The notes: generated by a model not told the origin, from the sequence alone. A DNA stretch of 63,496 nucleotides, filler included, from Craspedostauros australis (GCA_030167865.1; 10 parts of 10 records of this genome joined end to end with filler, not necessarily neighbours in it); one strand, 5' to 3'. Positions 33,920 to 44,874 are shown, counted from the whole stretch's first letter. Numbers and translations: made by a program.

Positions 33920-36900
33920 GCTCTCGCACAATTCTGCAGATCGCACCCACCCACAAGGCCACTTGTTGCAGGATCCCACAGATCGCAATTGATACACTCG
34001 CGATAGCGCTGGTTGAAGAGTTTTGGTCCCTTTTGGGAGAAGCGGCGATTTAATATTTATGTCTATTTCGTGTTGCTTCTGTTCGATCCGTCTCCTGCAT
34101 CACAGGGAATAGATCCCACAGAGTGCAAAATCATCACAGCTCAACGAGTGAAAGCGCCTATGACGTGTGATCATTGCTCCACAACACAACATGATCTACA
34201 CAGCACACACCAATAGTACCACAACACACATCGACCATGCCACAACATGATGTGATGGCTCTGTAACACAACACAACACACTGGTCATGTGGCAACACAG
34301 GCCAATCGTGACACAACGAAAACCATTTGCATCACACATCACACACCACAATTCAAACCTCCATGTCATCAAGCAGACAATGTGTGCACAGACACTTGCA
34401 TCACAGATGTACCTAACATATATAAATAACTAGTAGTTTGATTTGCAACTACATTTCTGCTGTGCTGCTGCCCTGTTCTGCTTTGCTGTGATGCTTGCTC
34501 TTGCCAGCCAGAAAGGCCACCTCAAATGAGTTTGGTGTGGGTGCTGCCTTGGTCTTGTTGCTATTATTGTCATGCTCAACAGTCTTGGCTTTGCTCTTGC
34601 TGGGCTGCTTCTTTTTCTTCTTGCCTTTCTCCTGTTGTTCAGCCTCCTCAGTGGCTCTTGTGGTCTCAACAATTTGCTTCTCCAGCAATGGAATGAGGCT
34701 GGTGGTTGTTGGCAGGTTTGTTTTCAGGCATTGCAGACCACTGACAGCCATCACATTGAGTGCATCATCGTACATACCTTCAATGTCAGGCTTGGCATAT
34801 TTGAAGTCAGCTGAGTTGCCTTTGTTGCCTGTTGCAGTTGGTTTCTTGGTGGTCGCATTGGTTGCCTCATCCTCCTTCCACACAAAGTCCATGTGAGACA
34901 CTGTCACACCGATCTCATTGCCACCCTCGTCAAATTCAGTGAACATTTGCTTCCGCATGTTCATGCTCAGCCCTTTGCACGCCGTCACAAACTCGTCACC
35001 TCCTTTTGCAGCACAAATTGCATAGGTGATCTGATGGTGGCAAACATATGTACAAACCACCTTGTCCAGCTTGAATCACAACACACACCAGAAACACAAG
35101 CAAAGCGACATGGCACAGCACATCACAAGAAGGCATGGGCAACACAGGAGGACAGGTGCAAGGTGCCTCGTACCATTGGCTCCCTCCTACGTGGGAGGGT
35201 CACAGTCATACTACATGTTCTAAAACCTGCGACTATAAACAGCAAAGAAGCAAGAGTAGCTCATTCAAGATGCACTGTCTTCTTCTGTCGACTTTGTGAG
35301 GAGCGCTGTTTGATACTTTAATTTCTTCATGGTATCGTTGTCGAATGGATTCGCGCTTGGGTATTTGCAAAGTGTTTCCTTTGTTTGGCACATTTAGTAG
35401 AATCATGGGTCATCTCCACGTCCCCCAACAGAAAAAAACGGCCGAGAAAACCAAACTCCACACAACAACATGACAATGGGAATCACGACTGTCGGAAAGC
35501 TGGGGTATCCTGGTCTCTATCCATCTCTCTCGACAATCGGTATCCTTCGACTGCGCAACATCGTTGATTCCTCGATCTTTCTCACATCAATTGTTCATCT
35601 CTTCTTTGCGCGGCCACACCTTCGCCGCTCCCAGATTCATCGGTGTTCGTGGGTGGGCAGAGGTCTTGTCCGTCTTCTCTGCTCCCGGTTCGCACCAGTT
35701 TCTGTTTCCCAGATAACAATCAAGTATCTTTGTCTGTCAGAGGCGCGCGGTTCGCGCAGATGCATTGCATGTGGTTTGCTTGAATGACACTTCGCCCTCA
35801 CCCATTCCTCTGCAGCGTTCGGAATCATTGTTTCTCACTTGTGTTCCTTGCACCCTTGGGACAGGCTGCATTGCGCTACAAGGTAGTCCGAGTGTGAACA
35901 TCACGGCTTGATTCTATTGAGTCCTAATATTATTTTTGGGGACGCGGCAAAACGTATATTAAAACGTTAACGCACCCACGATGCCGAACACAACAACACT
36001 CCACAAGCGCTGTCAAATGGCATCAACAACACTACAACAACCATCAGTCCAATAGAATATCCAAATACATAGGCGGAACCGTCATGGAAATCTTGGTGGA
36101 TGGGTGAGAGGAGGCTGTCAGAGTGGTTGATTTGGGGCTATGACAGGCCAATGAGCAAAAGACATGATTTTGATGCAAATATGCTTGTTGGATATGATCC
36201 CTGCATGGAATGCACAGGTCATTCCAACAACTACGGATGGAAAGCACACGTCCAGTAGGATACATTGAAGGTTCCCACGAAGTTTGAGGCTCAGGGGAGG
36301 CCTGGAAGGTGTGGAGGGAAAGACACAAGTGCGGGGCGAGAGTTTTTTGGTGGGTGGCGCACACATCATGTGGCTTCATTGGTGATGGGGGGGGGGCATA
36401 GACAAGTCACCCAAATCGCCAAGTCACCCATTGCAGATGTGTTCAAAATGAATGCAGGGATCGGTTCATGAAGCGCCAGTAAAATCTATGGTCTGGAAGA
36501 GGCTACAGCCTGGGATGCACAGGAAAGGGTCGTTCTCGGTGGTCGCAAAAAATCCATGATGGCATCACATGGAGGTGTACCTTTGGAGGTATGAATGCCC
36601 CACCTATTCTGAATACATCAGTGTGTTGCCACGTAATATGGGAACACATGGAGGGCACGTGGAGGGGCCGCAAGGGTCGTATCGACAAGATACGGATCCA
36701 AATATGAACGGCATCTGCGTCGCCCAAAAATGTCGAAATTTCTGGGTTTCAGTGCAGGGAGACTTTGGTGTATGAGATGCGGATATCCGTGCAGGATCTT
36801 CATGGAGTGGATATGTGGAGAGCATATGGAGTCAATGTGGTGCTCAGATTGTGCAAATGCCAGGATGATGATAATGATGATGATCATGGGTGCTGAACGG

Positions 36901-36960
36901 AGGGCAGTATGGTGCAATCCAGAATTTTTGGCATCCACCACATGACCGACAGAAAGCCAA
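33920..36960. mobile_element. CpG-depleted degenerate block (probable TE relic) with a remnant ORF at 34449-35060 (-)
   Basis: Starts where copy B stops matching copy A (GTGAGC|GCTCTC vs GTGAGC|CTCGAG). CA/TG-rich, interrupted frames, no recognisable domain. Confidence 0.45.
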
Positions 36961-37355
36961 AACGATGTTAAAAATACAGTTCATATAAAATTAACTTCGA
37001 TATGCAGAATCACTGATAGACAGGTCTCCGAATGCACTATTTAGTTTTAATTGTAAACGATTTATTGTTTTTGTATAACATCAACAGTTGTTTGGTTGGA
37101 ATTGGTCGTGCTCTATTTTAGTCTACTTAACACGACTCATCACCCACAAAACCCAACAAAGCTTCACAACTGGCGTTATCGTTTGAAAAAAATCTGCGTT
37201 CTTCGTTGGACGCAGGTCGCAAATGTTCATGTGTCTTCGGAGTACGATCCACCCACCACAGACAGCATTCGAAGAGGATCATTTCGTAATAATCTACGCT
37301 CCGCTTGCTTCTTCCGCACTCCGCAAGAGTAGGTACAATGATCGGCACCCTTTGC

Positions 37356-37742
37356 CTATCGAGCACTCTTCACTTTCTCCAGCCATCGCGGCCAGAATTT
37401 CTTGAAGCGCGCCATCGCCTGGGTGGCGGTATCGAGGCCACCGGCGTACGAAATGCGGAATCTACGTTCTCCGAGGGTGTCATGGGGATCCTCAAAGTCG
37501 ATTCCTGGTGTGAAGGCAACGAATTCCTCCTCCAGGAGGCACTTGCACATGTTCACGGTCCCAAAACCATCCGCCACGTTCCCGTCGCCCACATCGCAGT
37601 AGATGTAGAACCCACCATCCGCAGGTGAAATGCGCACATCTTCGAACAGAGGGAAGTCGGCCAGCTCGCGAAGGATCACCTCCCGGCATTGCCTGTACCT
37701 GTCGAGGTGTCCCTCAAGCTCCGCAATGGAATCGGCATCCCA
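37356..37742 (-). CDS. 3' end of the class I/II aminotransferase
   Basis: ...ISPADGGFYIY...LLEEEFVAFTPGIDF...RFRISYA...*. Bases 37659-37742 are identical to 5881-5964 and 32287-32370. Confidence 0.9.
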   Translation of the reverse strand, partial: WDADSIAELEGHLDRYRQCREVILRELADFPLFEDVRISPADGGFYIYCDVGDGNVADGFGTVNMCKCLLEEEFVAFTPGIDFEDPHDTLGERRFRISYAGGLDTATQAMARFKKFWPRWLEKVKSAR

Positions 37743-37842
37743 NNNNNNNNNNNNNNNNNNNNNNNNNNNNNNNNNNNNNNNNNNNNTTAATTAATTAANN
37801 NNNNNNNNNNNNNNNNNNNNNNNNNNNNNNNNNNNNNNNNNN
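37743..37842. other. Artificial contig spacer
   Basis: N44-TTAATTAATTAA-N44. Confidence 0.98.
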
Positions 37843-38430
37843 TTTGTACTGTTTGAGTGTCTCCTTTGATGCTATGCGTTGTTCTATGATCGACGATGGC
37901 GCTGGCTCTTGTTTCGTGGGTGCAGTTGCGAGCGATGAAGACGAAGCAGAAGAGAGGAAGTTTGAACGCCAGTCTTCTGAAAAGGTCAAGTTGGAAGATC
38001 AACGCAGCGATTGGTGTGCGATGCCTCTCTGTTGCTTCTTCTGCTTCTGTTGCTGTGTCCGTTATGATCGACGATGGAAGTCAAGTATCGATCCTGATGT
38101 GACTTTCTGCCGATGTGCGTGGTACGTCTCATCGATGGAAATTTGCATTTGTGGAGAGGGAGGTATCTGCGCCGACTTCCGCAAACTCGACAAGCATTCA
38201 CGAAACATCATGCGCTAGCTAGTGCACGATGATATCCAGAGGTCTCAACAGGAAAGAGATGGTCGCATGTCCATGCAAACTGTGATCTGTTCCATTATTC
38301 CCTTCGGAATGTCCACCCACCTGAAATTGGCACCACCAATCGGATCCTGCATACACATGCATTCTCCAATTTCCCCATTGCTCCATCTCTCGATCCATCC
38401 ACGCATGTGAAAGTTCGACACCTAATGACT

Positions 38431-39702
38431 TCAAGCCGAGCGATTGCGATGTGCCTCCTCCATTTCTTTCTTCGCCTCAGCAACCTGAAGCTTCAGATTG
38501 AGTTCCTGCAGGCGCAGATCGTGATAGTTGCGCTTAAGCTTGGTAAGCCGGAGTTCCTCGCGAATCGTGTCCATCTCCTCGCTGCCTTGGAGCGCCTTGG
38601 GTGGTGTGCTTCTTGCGGAGTCTCGGTCTTCTGTTCGCGTGGCTTGCGCTGTTTCTGAACGCACCTGCGGCGTGCCGTCTGTGTTGTCACGACGGTGTCC
38701 GCGATGCTGGCGACGACGACGATACCTGACTGTTTTGGCAACGCCATTGCCGTCTCCGGCTGCGTCGCCGTTTTCCACATGGGCGCTATCATCCGTGTTG
38801 CCGTCCTCCGCATCGTTATTGAGGACGACAAGCGTGCTCCTGTCAGCATCTACGGATACGCCACGATGCTTGCGTTTGCGCGATGGGGTATACCCAGTCG
38901 CAGTCGCAGGCTGTTGGTCATTGGATCCTCGCATCTGGATGGCGCTGTCGTTGTCGTTGTCGCTGCTGCTCTCCGTGTTCTCGTAGCTGGTGACAGTAGC
39001 AGGCGCGTACTCGTTGTCGTCGTCGTCGTCATCCGGATTGTATTGATCGTCCCCGCTCGTTCTGACGGAATTGTCTCCGTCTTCGCTTGCATGATCGCCG
39101 TCAGTCTCACCATGAGGGGATGAGCCTTGATGGTCGCAACGGTTTCGAGCGCGGACTGATGCCGCGACTGATTTGCGTGCGAGGAGGCGAAAAGGTCGAA
39201 GTGTGAGTTGTGGATAGGACTGAGCAAAGGCAGGTGAGGAAGCATCTGCAATTTGCGGCGCGTCCTTCAGGAGTCTCCAGCACTCCACGAAGGCGTGGAT
39301 GTTGAGGCGAGAGTGTCTGGATCTTTTGTGCCACGATTCGCGCCAATCTGCGATCCATTGGAATTCAGCTTCCTGCGAAGTGTGAGGTGTTGGCGGAAGA
39401 TGCTTTCGAAGTTGCAGAGTGGAATGCCGGACGGTGCCGAAGATGCGTCTGAGACTATCTGCAGAAACCGTGCATGCGAGGTCATCGCAATCATCGCCGA
39501 AGTCGCTGTTGTTTCTGTCGGCGTTTCCTCTGTTCGCTCTCTCTATTGCCATCCGTTCGTTGTACTGCGCGATGCGGCGCTTGAAATTCTCAAAAATGAG
39601 AGACCAAGTTCCGCTTTTGCATATGCCTGGTCCCTTCTTGATTTCCAGGTAGGCGAGGCAAAGCATCCTCGCTTTCGCCGGAGTCCAGGAAGGTTGCGTC
39701 AT
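38431..39702 (-). CDS. Myb/SANT-like, NAM-associated-like coiled-coil protein, array paralog 1
   Basis: MTQPSWTPAKARMLCLAYLEIKKGPG...TWSLIF...ECWRLLKDAPQI...RLLARKS...PSRKRKHR...LTKLKRNYHDLRLQELNLKLQV. Single exon; aligns with its neighbours. Confidence 0.85.
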   Translation of the reverse strand: MTQPSWTPAKARMLCLAYLEIKKGPGICKSGTWSLIFENFKRRIAQYNERMAIERANRGNADRNNSDFGDDCDDLACTVSADSLRRIFGTVRHSTLQLRKHLPPTPHTSQEAEFQWIADWRESWHKRSRHSRLNIHAFVECWRLLKDAPQIADASSPAFAQSYPQLTLRPFRLLARKSVAASVRARNRCDHQGSSPHGETDGDHASEDGDNSVRTSGDDQYNPDDDDDDNEYAPATVTSYENTESSSDNDNDSAIQMRGSNDQQPATATGYTPSRKRKHRGVSVDADRSTLVVLNNDAEDGNTDDSAHVENGDAAGDGNGVAKTVRYRRRRQHRGHRRDNTDGTPQVRSETAQATRTEDRDSARSTPPKALQGSEEMDTIREELRLTKLKRNYHDLRLQELNLKLQVAEAKKEMEEAHRNRSA

Positions 39703-40279
39703 TTTAGAGAAGAAGTGAGAATGTGCTGTGTGAGTATTGGCGGTGACGATATTCCATGGACTGCCCTTGGACTCTTCGCTCAAGCTTTGGTGCAGTGTCT
39801 GCTGTTGTGTTGGATTTGGTGACGCTGGATGGTGTTGTTGTGTGCCTGGCCTCCTGGTTGGAGTTGATGGGCGACTTTGTGGGGAGGGGATGCGTGGATC
39901 TTCTGGTGATGCCAAAAGATACGGTTGCACTCGATTGAGTCAATCGCAGTGATTTGGATGGAGGTGGCTTTCTCGATGAGAACCTCTCTCTGGTCAGAGA
40001 GGGCTGGTGTGGCGGAACCACAAACGAGACCGACAATACCATTCATCTGTGCAACAGATGCTCTCTCATTCCATCAACGAACCCAAACGTTGCATGCATC
40101 TCATCGCTTGGCTCGGCACAGCGAGTGATAACTTCATTCATCTAATATTTGCAAGAGAGGTCAGGGGCTTTATCTGAACGCTGTGCGAGTTGAGGATAGC
40201 GTGTGGCGCTGGTCTGTATACGCCGTGACTTCATTCCTTCATTTGTTCATGCATATGCAACGATCGACATCTATATCCT

Positions 40280-41533
40280 TCAAATCGTTCGATCACCACG
40301 AGCTTCTTCCACTTCTTTCTTCGCCCTCTCGACCTGGAGCTTGAGGATGAGTTCTTGAATGCGCAGTTCGTGGTAGTTGCGCTCAAGTTTAGCTACCCGG
40401 AGCTGTTCGCGGAGCAACTTGGTATGCTTGCGGTCATGCAACGCTTGAGGCAACGTGATCGTTGCAGTTTCCATTGGCGTTGTCCTTTTTGTTGGCTTTA
40501 GGCGCCTGAGTGGATAGGCGTTGCCATTCATGTCGTTGTGGAGGTGTTGATACCGACGACGTGTGCGCTTTGGTCTTGGATCGTCCCTGATTTCGTCGGC
40601 GCTCTCCACGTTGATATCATCGTCTGTGTTGCTGTCCATGTCATCGCTGTCGACGACGGCGCGCGTGTTGGAATGACATGTGCCGGGATCTGCAGATACG
40701 CGACGACGCTTGCGCTTCCGCGATGGGGCGCGAACAGTCGCACGCCGTCGGTCTATGAATTGCCGAGTGGGATTTCCGCTGCTGTATACGGTGGGCCTCG
40801 CGTTGCCGCCGTCGTCGTCGCGACTCGTGATTTTGTTGGGTCTGTTGGGGGCTATAGACGCATCCTCCTCCTCCTCTTCTTCATCTTCGTCATCGTCACC
40901 GGTATTACCTGCGTCGTCATCTTCGTTGCTATCATCGCTATCAAGTTCATGATCTGCGTGTTGACTGTCGCGACGGCCGATGGCACAGGCAGATGTTTTG
41001 GTACATTTGCGCGCGATGAGGCGAACTACCCGATGCGTTGGCTGTGGATTGCATCTGGAGGCAGCTGAAGAATCATCTGCAATTTGCGGAGCGTCTTTCA
41101 AGATCCTCCAGCACTCCAACAGTAAGTTGCTGTGCAAACCCACGCTCGCGCCTCTGGCTGCGTATGATTGGTGCCAACGGTCGACCCACTGAGCTTCTTG
41201 CTTTCTGGATTTGTGAGGGTTCGGCGGACGCACTTTTCGGAGATCGAGGATGGTGCACCGGATCTTGCTGAATATCCTTCGATACCGCGCGGTGTCGTGA
41301 ACGCATGAGATCTTCTTGATATCGCCTGCTGATGCCGCAGAGTTTTTGCGTGCGCGTGCACCCTTTGCATGCTTCCTTGCGACTCTCCTGTTGTGTGCCT
41401 GGATGGCTTTCTTCATGTTCCGTGAAATGAGGGGCCAGGTTCCTTTTTCGCACCTCCCTGGTCCTTTGACCACCTTCAAGAATTCAAGGCACAGCATCCG
41501 CGCTTCCTCGGCAGTCCAGAAAGTACGCCGCAT
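40280..41533 (-). CDS. Myb/SANT-like, NAM-associated-like coiled-coil protein, array paralog 2
   Basis: MRRTFWTAEEARMLCLEFLKVVKGPG...TWPLIS...ECWRILKDAPQI...RLIARKC...PSRKRKRRR...VAKLERNYHELRIQELILKLQV. Confidence 0.85.
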   Translation of the reverse strand: MRRTFWTAEEARMLCLEFLKVVKGPGRCEKGTWPLISRNMKKAIQAHNRRVARKHAKGARARKNSAASAGDIKKISCVHDTARYRRIFSKIRCTILDLRKVRPPNPHKSRKQEAQWVDRWHQSYAARGASVGLHSNLLLECWRILKDAPQIADDSSAASRCNPQPTHRVVRLIARKCTKTSACAIGRRDSQHADHELDSDDSNEDDDAGNTGDDDEDEEEEEEDASIAPNRPNKITSRDDDGGNARPTVYSSGNPTRQFIDRRRATVRAPSRKRKRRRVSADPGTCHSNTRAVVDSDDMDSNTDDDINVESADEIRDDPRPKRTRRRYQHLHNDMNGNAYPLRRLKPTKRTTPMETATITLPQALHDRKHTKLLREQLRVAKLERNYHELRIQELILKLQVERAKKEVEEARGDRTI

Positions 41534-42366
41534 TGTGTACGCACCCGTATGCGTTCGGCGGTGGTGCACTTGCTTTCGTTGAGTTCGTGTGGCTGCGTTT
41601 GCGCCTGCTATATCTTGGAAGACGGTTCTTTGGGAACGTGGGGATCTGTCCTCTCCTCTCTCTCTCTCTCTCTCTCTGTCTGTCTGTCTCTACGACTACA
41701 GTACCATGCAATGGAGATGATGTACGATCTATGATACGTAATTGCGATGTTGGATGGAGGTGTCTGTTTTGGATGGATTGTGTTGTGTCGTGTTGTGATG
41801 TGATCGAACCTCTCGATCTTTGTTGTCGCTGTGTTGTGAAGAGTGGTGATGATTGATTTGGATTCGCATTCCACAACTTCACTGGTGAATCTTTGTGACA
41901 CCCACAGATCTGTGGATGTTTCGGCAAAAGATACTTTCTGGGTGCCGCAGTTTTGGCGAAAGGGATTGCAGGTACTTTGTCGATTGCGAGGGGAACACAT
42001 GAGACCAGCGGGCCCTTTGTCAAAGATGAGGTCTACGTTTACGATCCATTATATTATATACTACGACTATGTTTGTTGTCTCCACCCACAGGAGGGAGGC
42101 AGGCTTCCACATTCCCACAACAGACGAGCGTTTGAAAACGAGAGCAGTCCCAAGAGGACTGCAGATAGACTGCAAATCGGTCAGAAGCTCCATGGAGGCC
42201 CTCCGAGTATGGCGAGTATTTCATGAGAGACCATTGCTGTTGATTTGCACACGGTCGAGTTGAATACTATTGTATTGTATTGTACTTCGTTATTGCCACA
42301 GTCGTTCATTTCCCCATTCATTTTCCCACCCAATCATGCCTGTGAAGAGTTGGCCGCCGTCCACTT

Positions 42367-43593
42367 TCACATTGGTGGATTGCCACGTGCCTCTTCCAGT
42401 TCTTGCTTTGCCTTGGCGGCCCGAAGCTTCAAATCGAGTTCCTGAATACGCAGATCGGTGTACGCGCGTTCGAGCTTCGCAACCTGTAGCTTGCGCCGAA
42501 GCACCTTCATCTTGTTCGTACACTTGCTCATTGGAAAAGTCGGATTGCGAGGATGAGGAATACCGTTGTTGTTGCTGTTGCTGCTGTTGCTGCTATAGGC
42601 GTCGTTGCTGGGATCATGGGAGTGGCGACGAGAAATAACGCGGCCAGTCCCATCAGTACCGCTATCAGTGGACGATGCGCCTTCATTGTGTCCATTCACA
42701 CGATCGAGGTTGCCGTCGCGGTCGCTGCTGCTTGGATTGCAGACAGTGAAAGTTTCATTGCTGGCAGGCTGATCCCAGCGCTTGCGTTTCTGCGGTCGGA
42801 CGCAGATAGTTTTGCGCCGATAACGCGGAGTCTTCTGTTTGCGTTGCTTTTTGGTGTCTCTGCTGTGATGATCGATGATATCGCCGTTCGTGACGCTGCC
42901 ATCTTTCGCGCACTCGCCGTTGTTGTGCGGTTTCATGGCGGTGGAGCTGGCAGTGCCGATGGTTTCTTTTCCAGTTTCATCACCATTGCTGCTGGCTTCG
43001 CGATCTGGGGATGAAGCTTCGTCTTTGTGGGGACTGCGAGCATTGGCAGATAGTCGAAGCGATTTGCGTCCGGCGAGTCGCAACGGCGCAGGTGTCGGCT
43101 TCGGACCAGATTTGGAGGAGAGGATGGCAGGTGGCAATTTCTCCACAATCTGCGGAGCATCTTTCAGGATGCCCCAGCATGCTGCAATTGACTCAACACT
43201 GACAAGAGAACGGTTGTGTTTCAGTGAGGATGATTGATACACATTTGTGATCCATTGAAGCTCGGCGTCTTTCGTTCGGTGAGGGGTCGATGGACGGCAC
43301 TTGCGGAGCTCGAGAATACTTCGCCTTATGCCGCGAAAGAAGGCCTTGAGGCTGGTCAGTTTTGAACGGTGCAGTCTTCGATCAGTCACTGCTTCAGCAT
43401 CATTGGTGTTGGTGTGACCTCCGTTTGCATCCTCTCTTGTCAGTCTTTCGTTGTATTCGTCGACTCGCCGATTGAAGCTGTCGAAGATCAAGGGCCATTC
43501 TCCTGTTTTGCAGTCGCCTGGTTCCTTCTTGATTTCCAGGTAGGCATAGCAAAGCATCCGCGCTTTTACCGTACACCAGATGCGAAGCGCCAT
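42367..43593 (-). CDS. Myb/SANT-like, NAM-associated-like coiled-coil protein, array paralog 3
   Basis: MALRIWCTVKARMLCYAYLEIKKEPG...EWPLIF...ACWGILKDAPQI...RLAGRKS...PQKRKR...VAKLERAYTDLRIQELDLKLRA. Confidence 0.85.
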   Translation of the reverse strand: MALRIWCTVKARMLCYAYLEIKKEPGDCKTGEWPLIFDSFNRRVDEYNERLTREDANGGHTNTNDAEAVTDRRLHRSKLTSLKAFFRGIRRSILELRKCRPSTPHRTKDAELQWITNVYQSSSLKHNRSLVSVESIAACWGILKDAPQIVEKLPPAILSSKSGPKPTPAPLRLAGRKSLRLSANARSPHKDEASSPDREASSNGDETGKETIGTASSTAMKPHNNGECAKDGSVTNGDIIDHHSRDTKKQRKQKTPRYRRKTICVRPQKRKRWDQPASNETFTVCNPSSSDRDGNLDRVNGHNEGASSTDSGTDGTGRVISRRHSHDPSNDAYSSNSSNSNNNGIPHPRNPTFPMSKCTNKMKVLRRKLQVAKLERAYTDLRIQELDLKLRAAKAKQELEEARGNPPM

Positions 43594-44483
43594 CGTGGAC
43601 AAGAAGTGGACTTTTGGTTTGCAGGCAAATATATCTGCTCTGATGGCTTACTATGCGACTACACTCTCGTCTCTGATTCTTCTGGCTCGGTTCTTCGGCT
43701 CAGTTGTTGAATGACAGTCCGAGGATGGTTGGAAGATAGTGTTGGAAGGGTGAAGCCGAAGAATCGACGACACAACGATGGTGTGATGTCTCTCAGGCTG
43801 CTTCTGTTGCTGATGCTGCACTTGGCACTGGACGTGTTGGCATTGATGCCATCTTGCGAGGAGTGTACCTATGTCCGTTTGAATGCAGCGCCTCTTTTGG
43901 ATTGGCGGTTGGCGGCATTGGTTTGCGTTGTTTTGTGATGCTGCGAATGTGCGTTGATGCGGTGGGAGGAGCGCATTTTTTTTTTGCACCTGCGACGCTC
44001 CTTCTCGTCTCCTTCGCGCGTACTTTCATGAATGGGATGACACCCGCTCGATTCAATGGACCAGAAACCACTTCCAGAACCATTCCACGCATCGCGCCGT
44101 TTCTTCCGATTTGAATTGTACCATAGCTGCATTCATTGAGCACCACCAATAAAATATGCTACATATGTACGACAACGCCTGCCCCCCAGTGTCCACCAAG
44201 CCAAAGATCTTTCCAGCGCGCTAGAGATATGTATTATGGAACAGGAGTATGTAACACAGGACGAAACAGCAACATGATGAAAGCCCACAACTCGTGCCAG
44301 CGCGAGGCCACAGTGATCGAAGAACGACAGGGCAGATGCCCGCACATCCGACGCTCTACGAACTCTCCACAAGTGCAAATGCGAGTAGTCCACCCGGATC
44401 CGACGTCTTTCTCACATCTTGAATTTCCTCGTTCATGCTTGTATGCGTACATGTATAAATGCATGTGGCAAGCTGGCCACCCG

Positions 44484-44632
44484 CTAGTCCCACTCCAAGA
44501 AGGATCTATCTCCGCGTACCCGGTTCAGCTCTTGTTTCTTCTTCTCAATCTCGAGCTCGAGCTTCAGCTTCTTGAGTTGCATTTTGCTGTAGGCGTGTTC
44601 GAGCTCAGCCACCTGGATCTTGCGCTGAAGCA
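44484..44632 (-). CDS. Array paralog 4, C-terminal fragment only (rest lost in the gap)
   Basis: Hand translation LQRKIQVAELEHAYSKMQLKKLKLELEIEKKKQELNRVRGDRSFLEWD* aligns with the C-terminal coiled coil of paralogs 1-3. Not in the ORF track. Confidence 0.8.
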
Positions 44633-44732
44633 NNNNNNNNNNNNNNNNNNNNNNNNNNNNNNNNNNNNNNNNNNNNTTAATTAATTAANNNNNNNNNNNN
44701 NNNNNNNNNNNNNNNNNNNNNNNNNNNNNNNN
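44633..44732. other. Artificial contig spacer
   Basis: N44-TTAATTAATTAA-N44. Confidence 0.98.
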
Positions 44733-44874
44733 ACACGAGTAAACAACAACACAACAATGACGCGCAACTTCCGTTGTTCCACTGCAAAAGCTCATAATAT
44801 CCATCCACCCTCCATCCCATTGCAGACGACCTATTATACTCCATTGCATTGCATTGCATTAGACTTCCGCAGCC

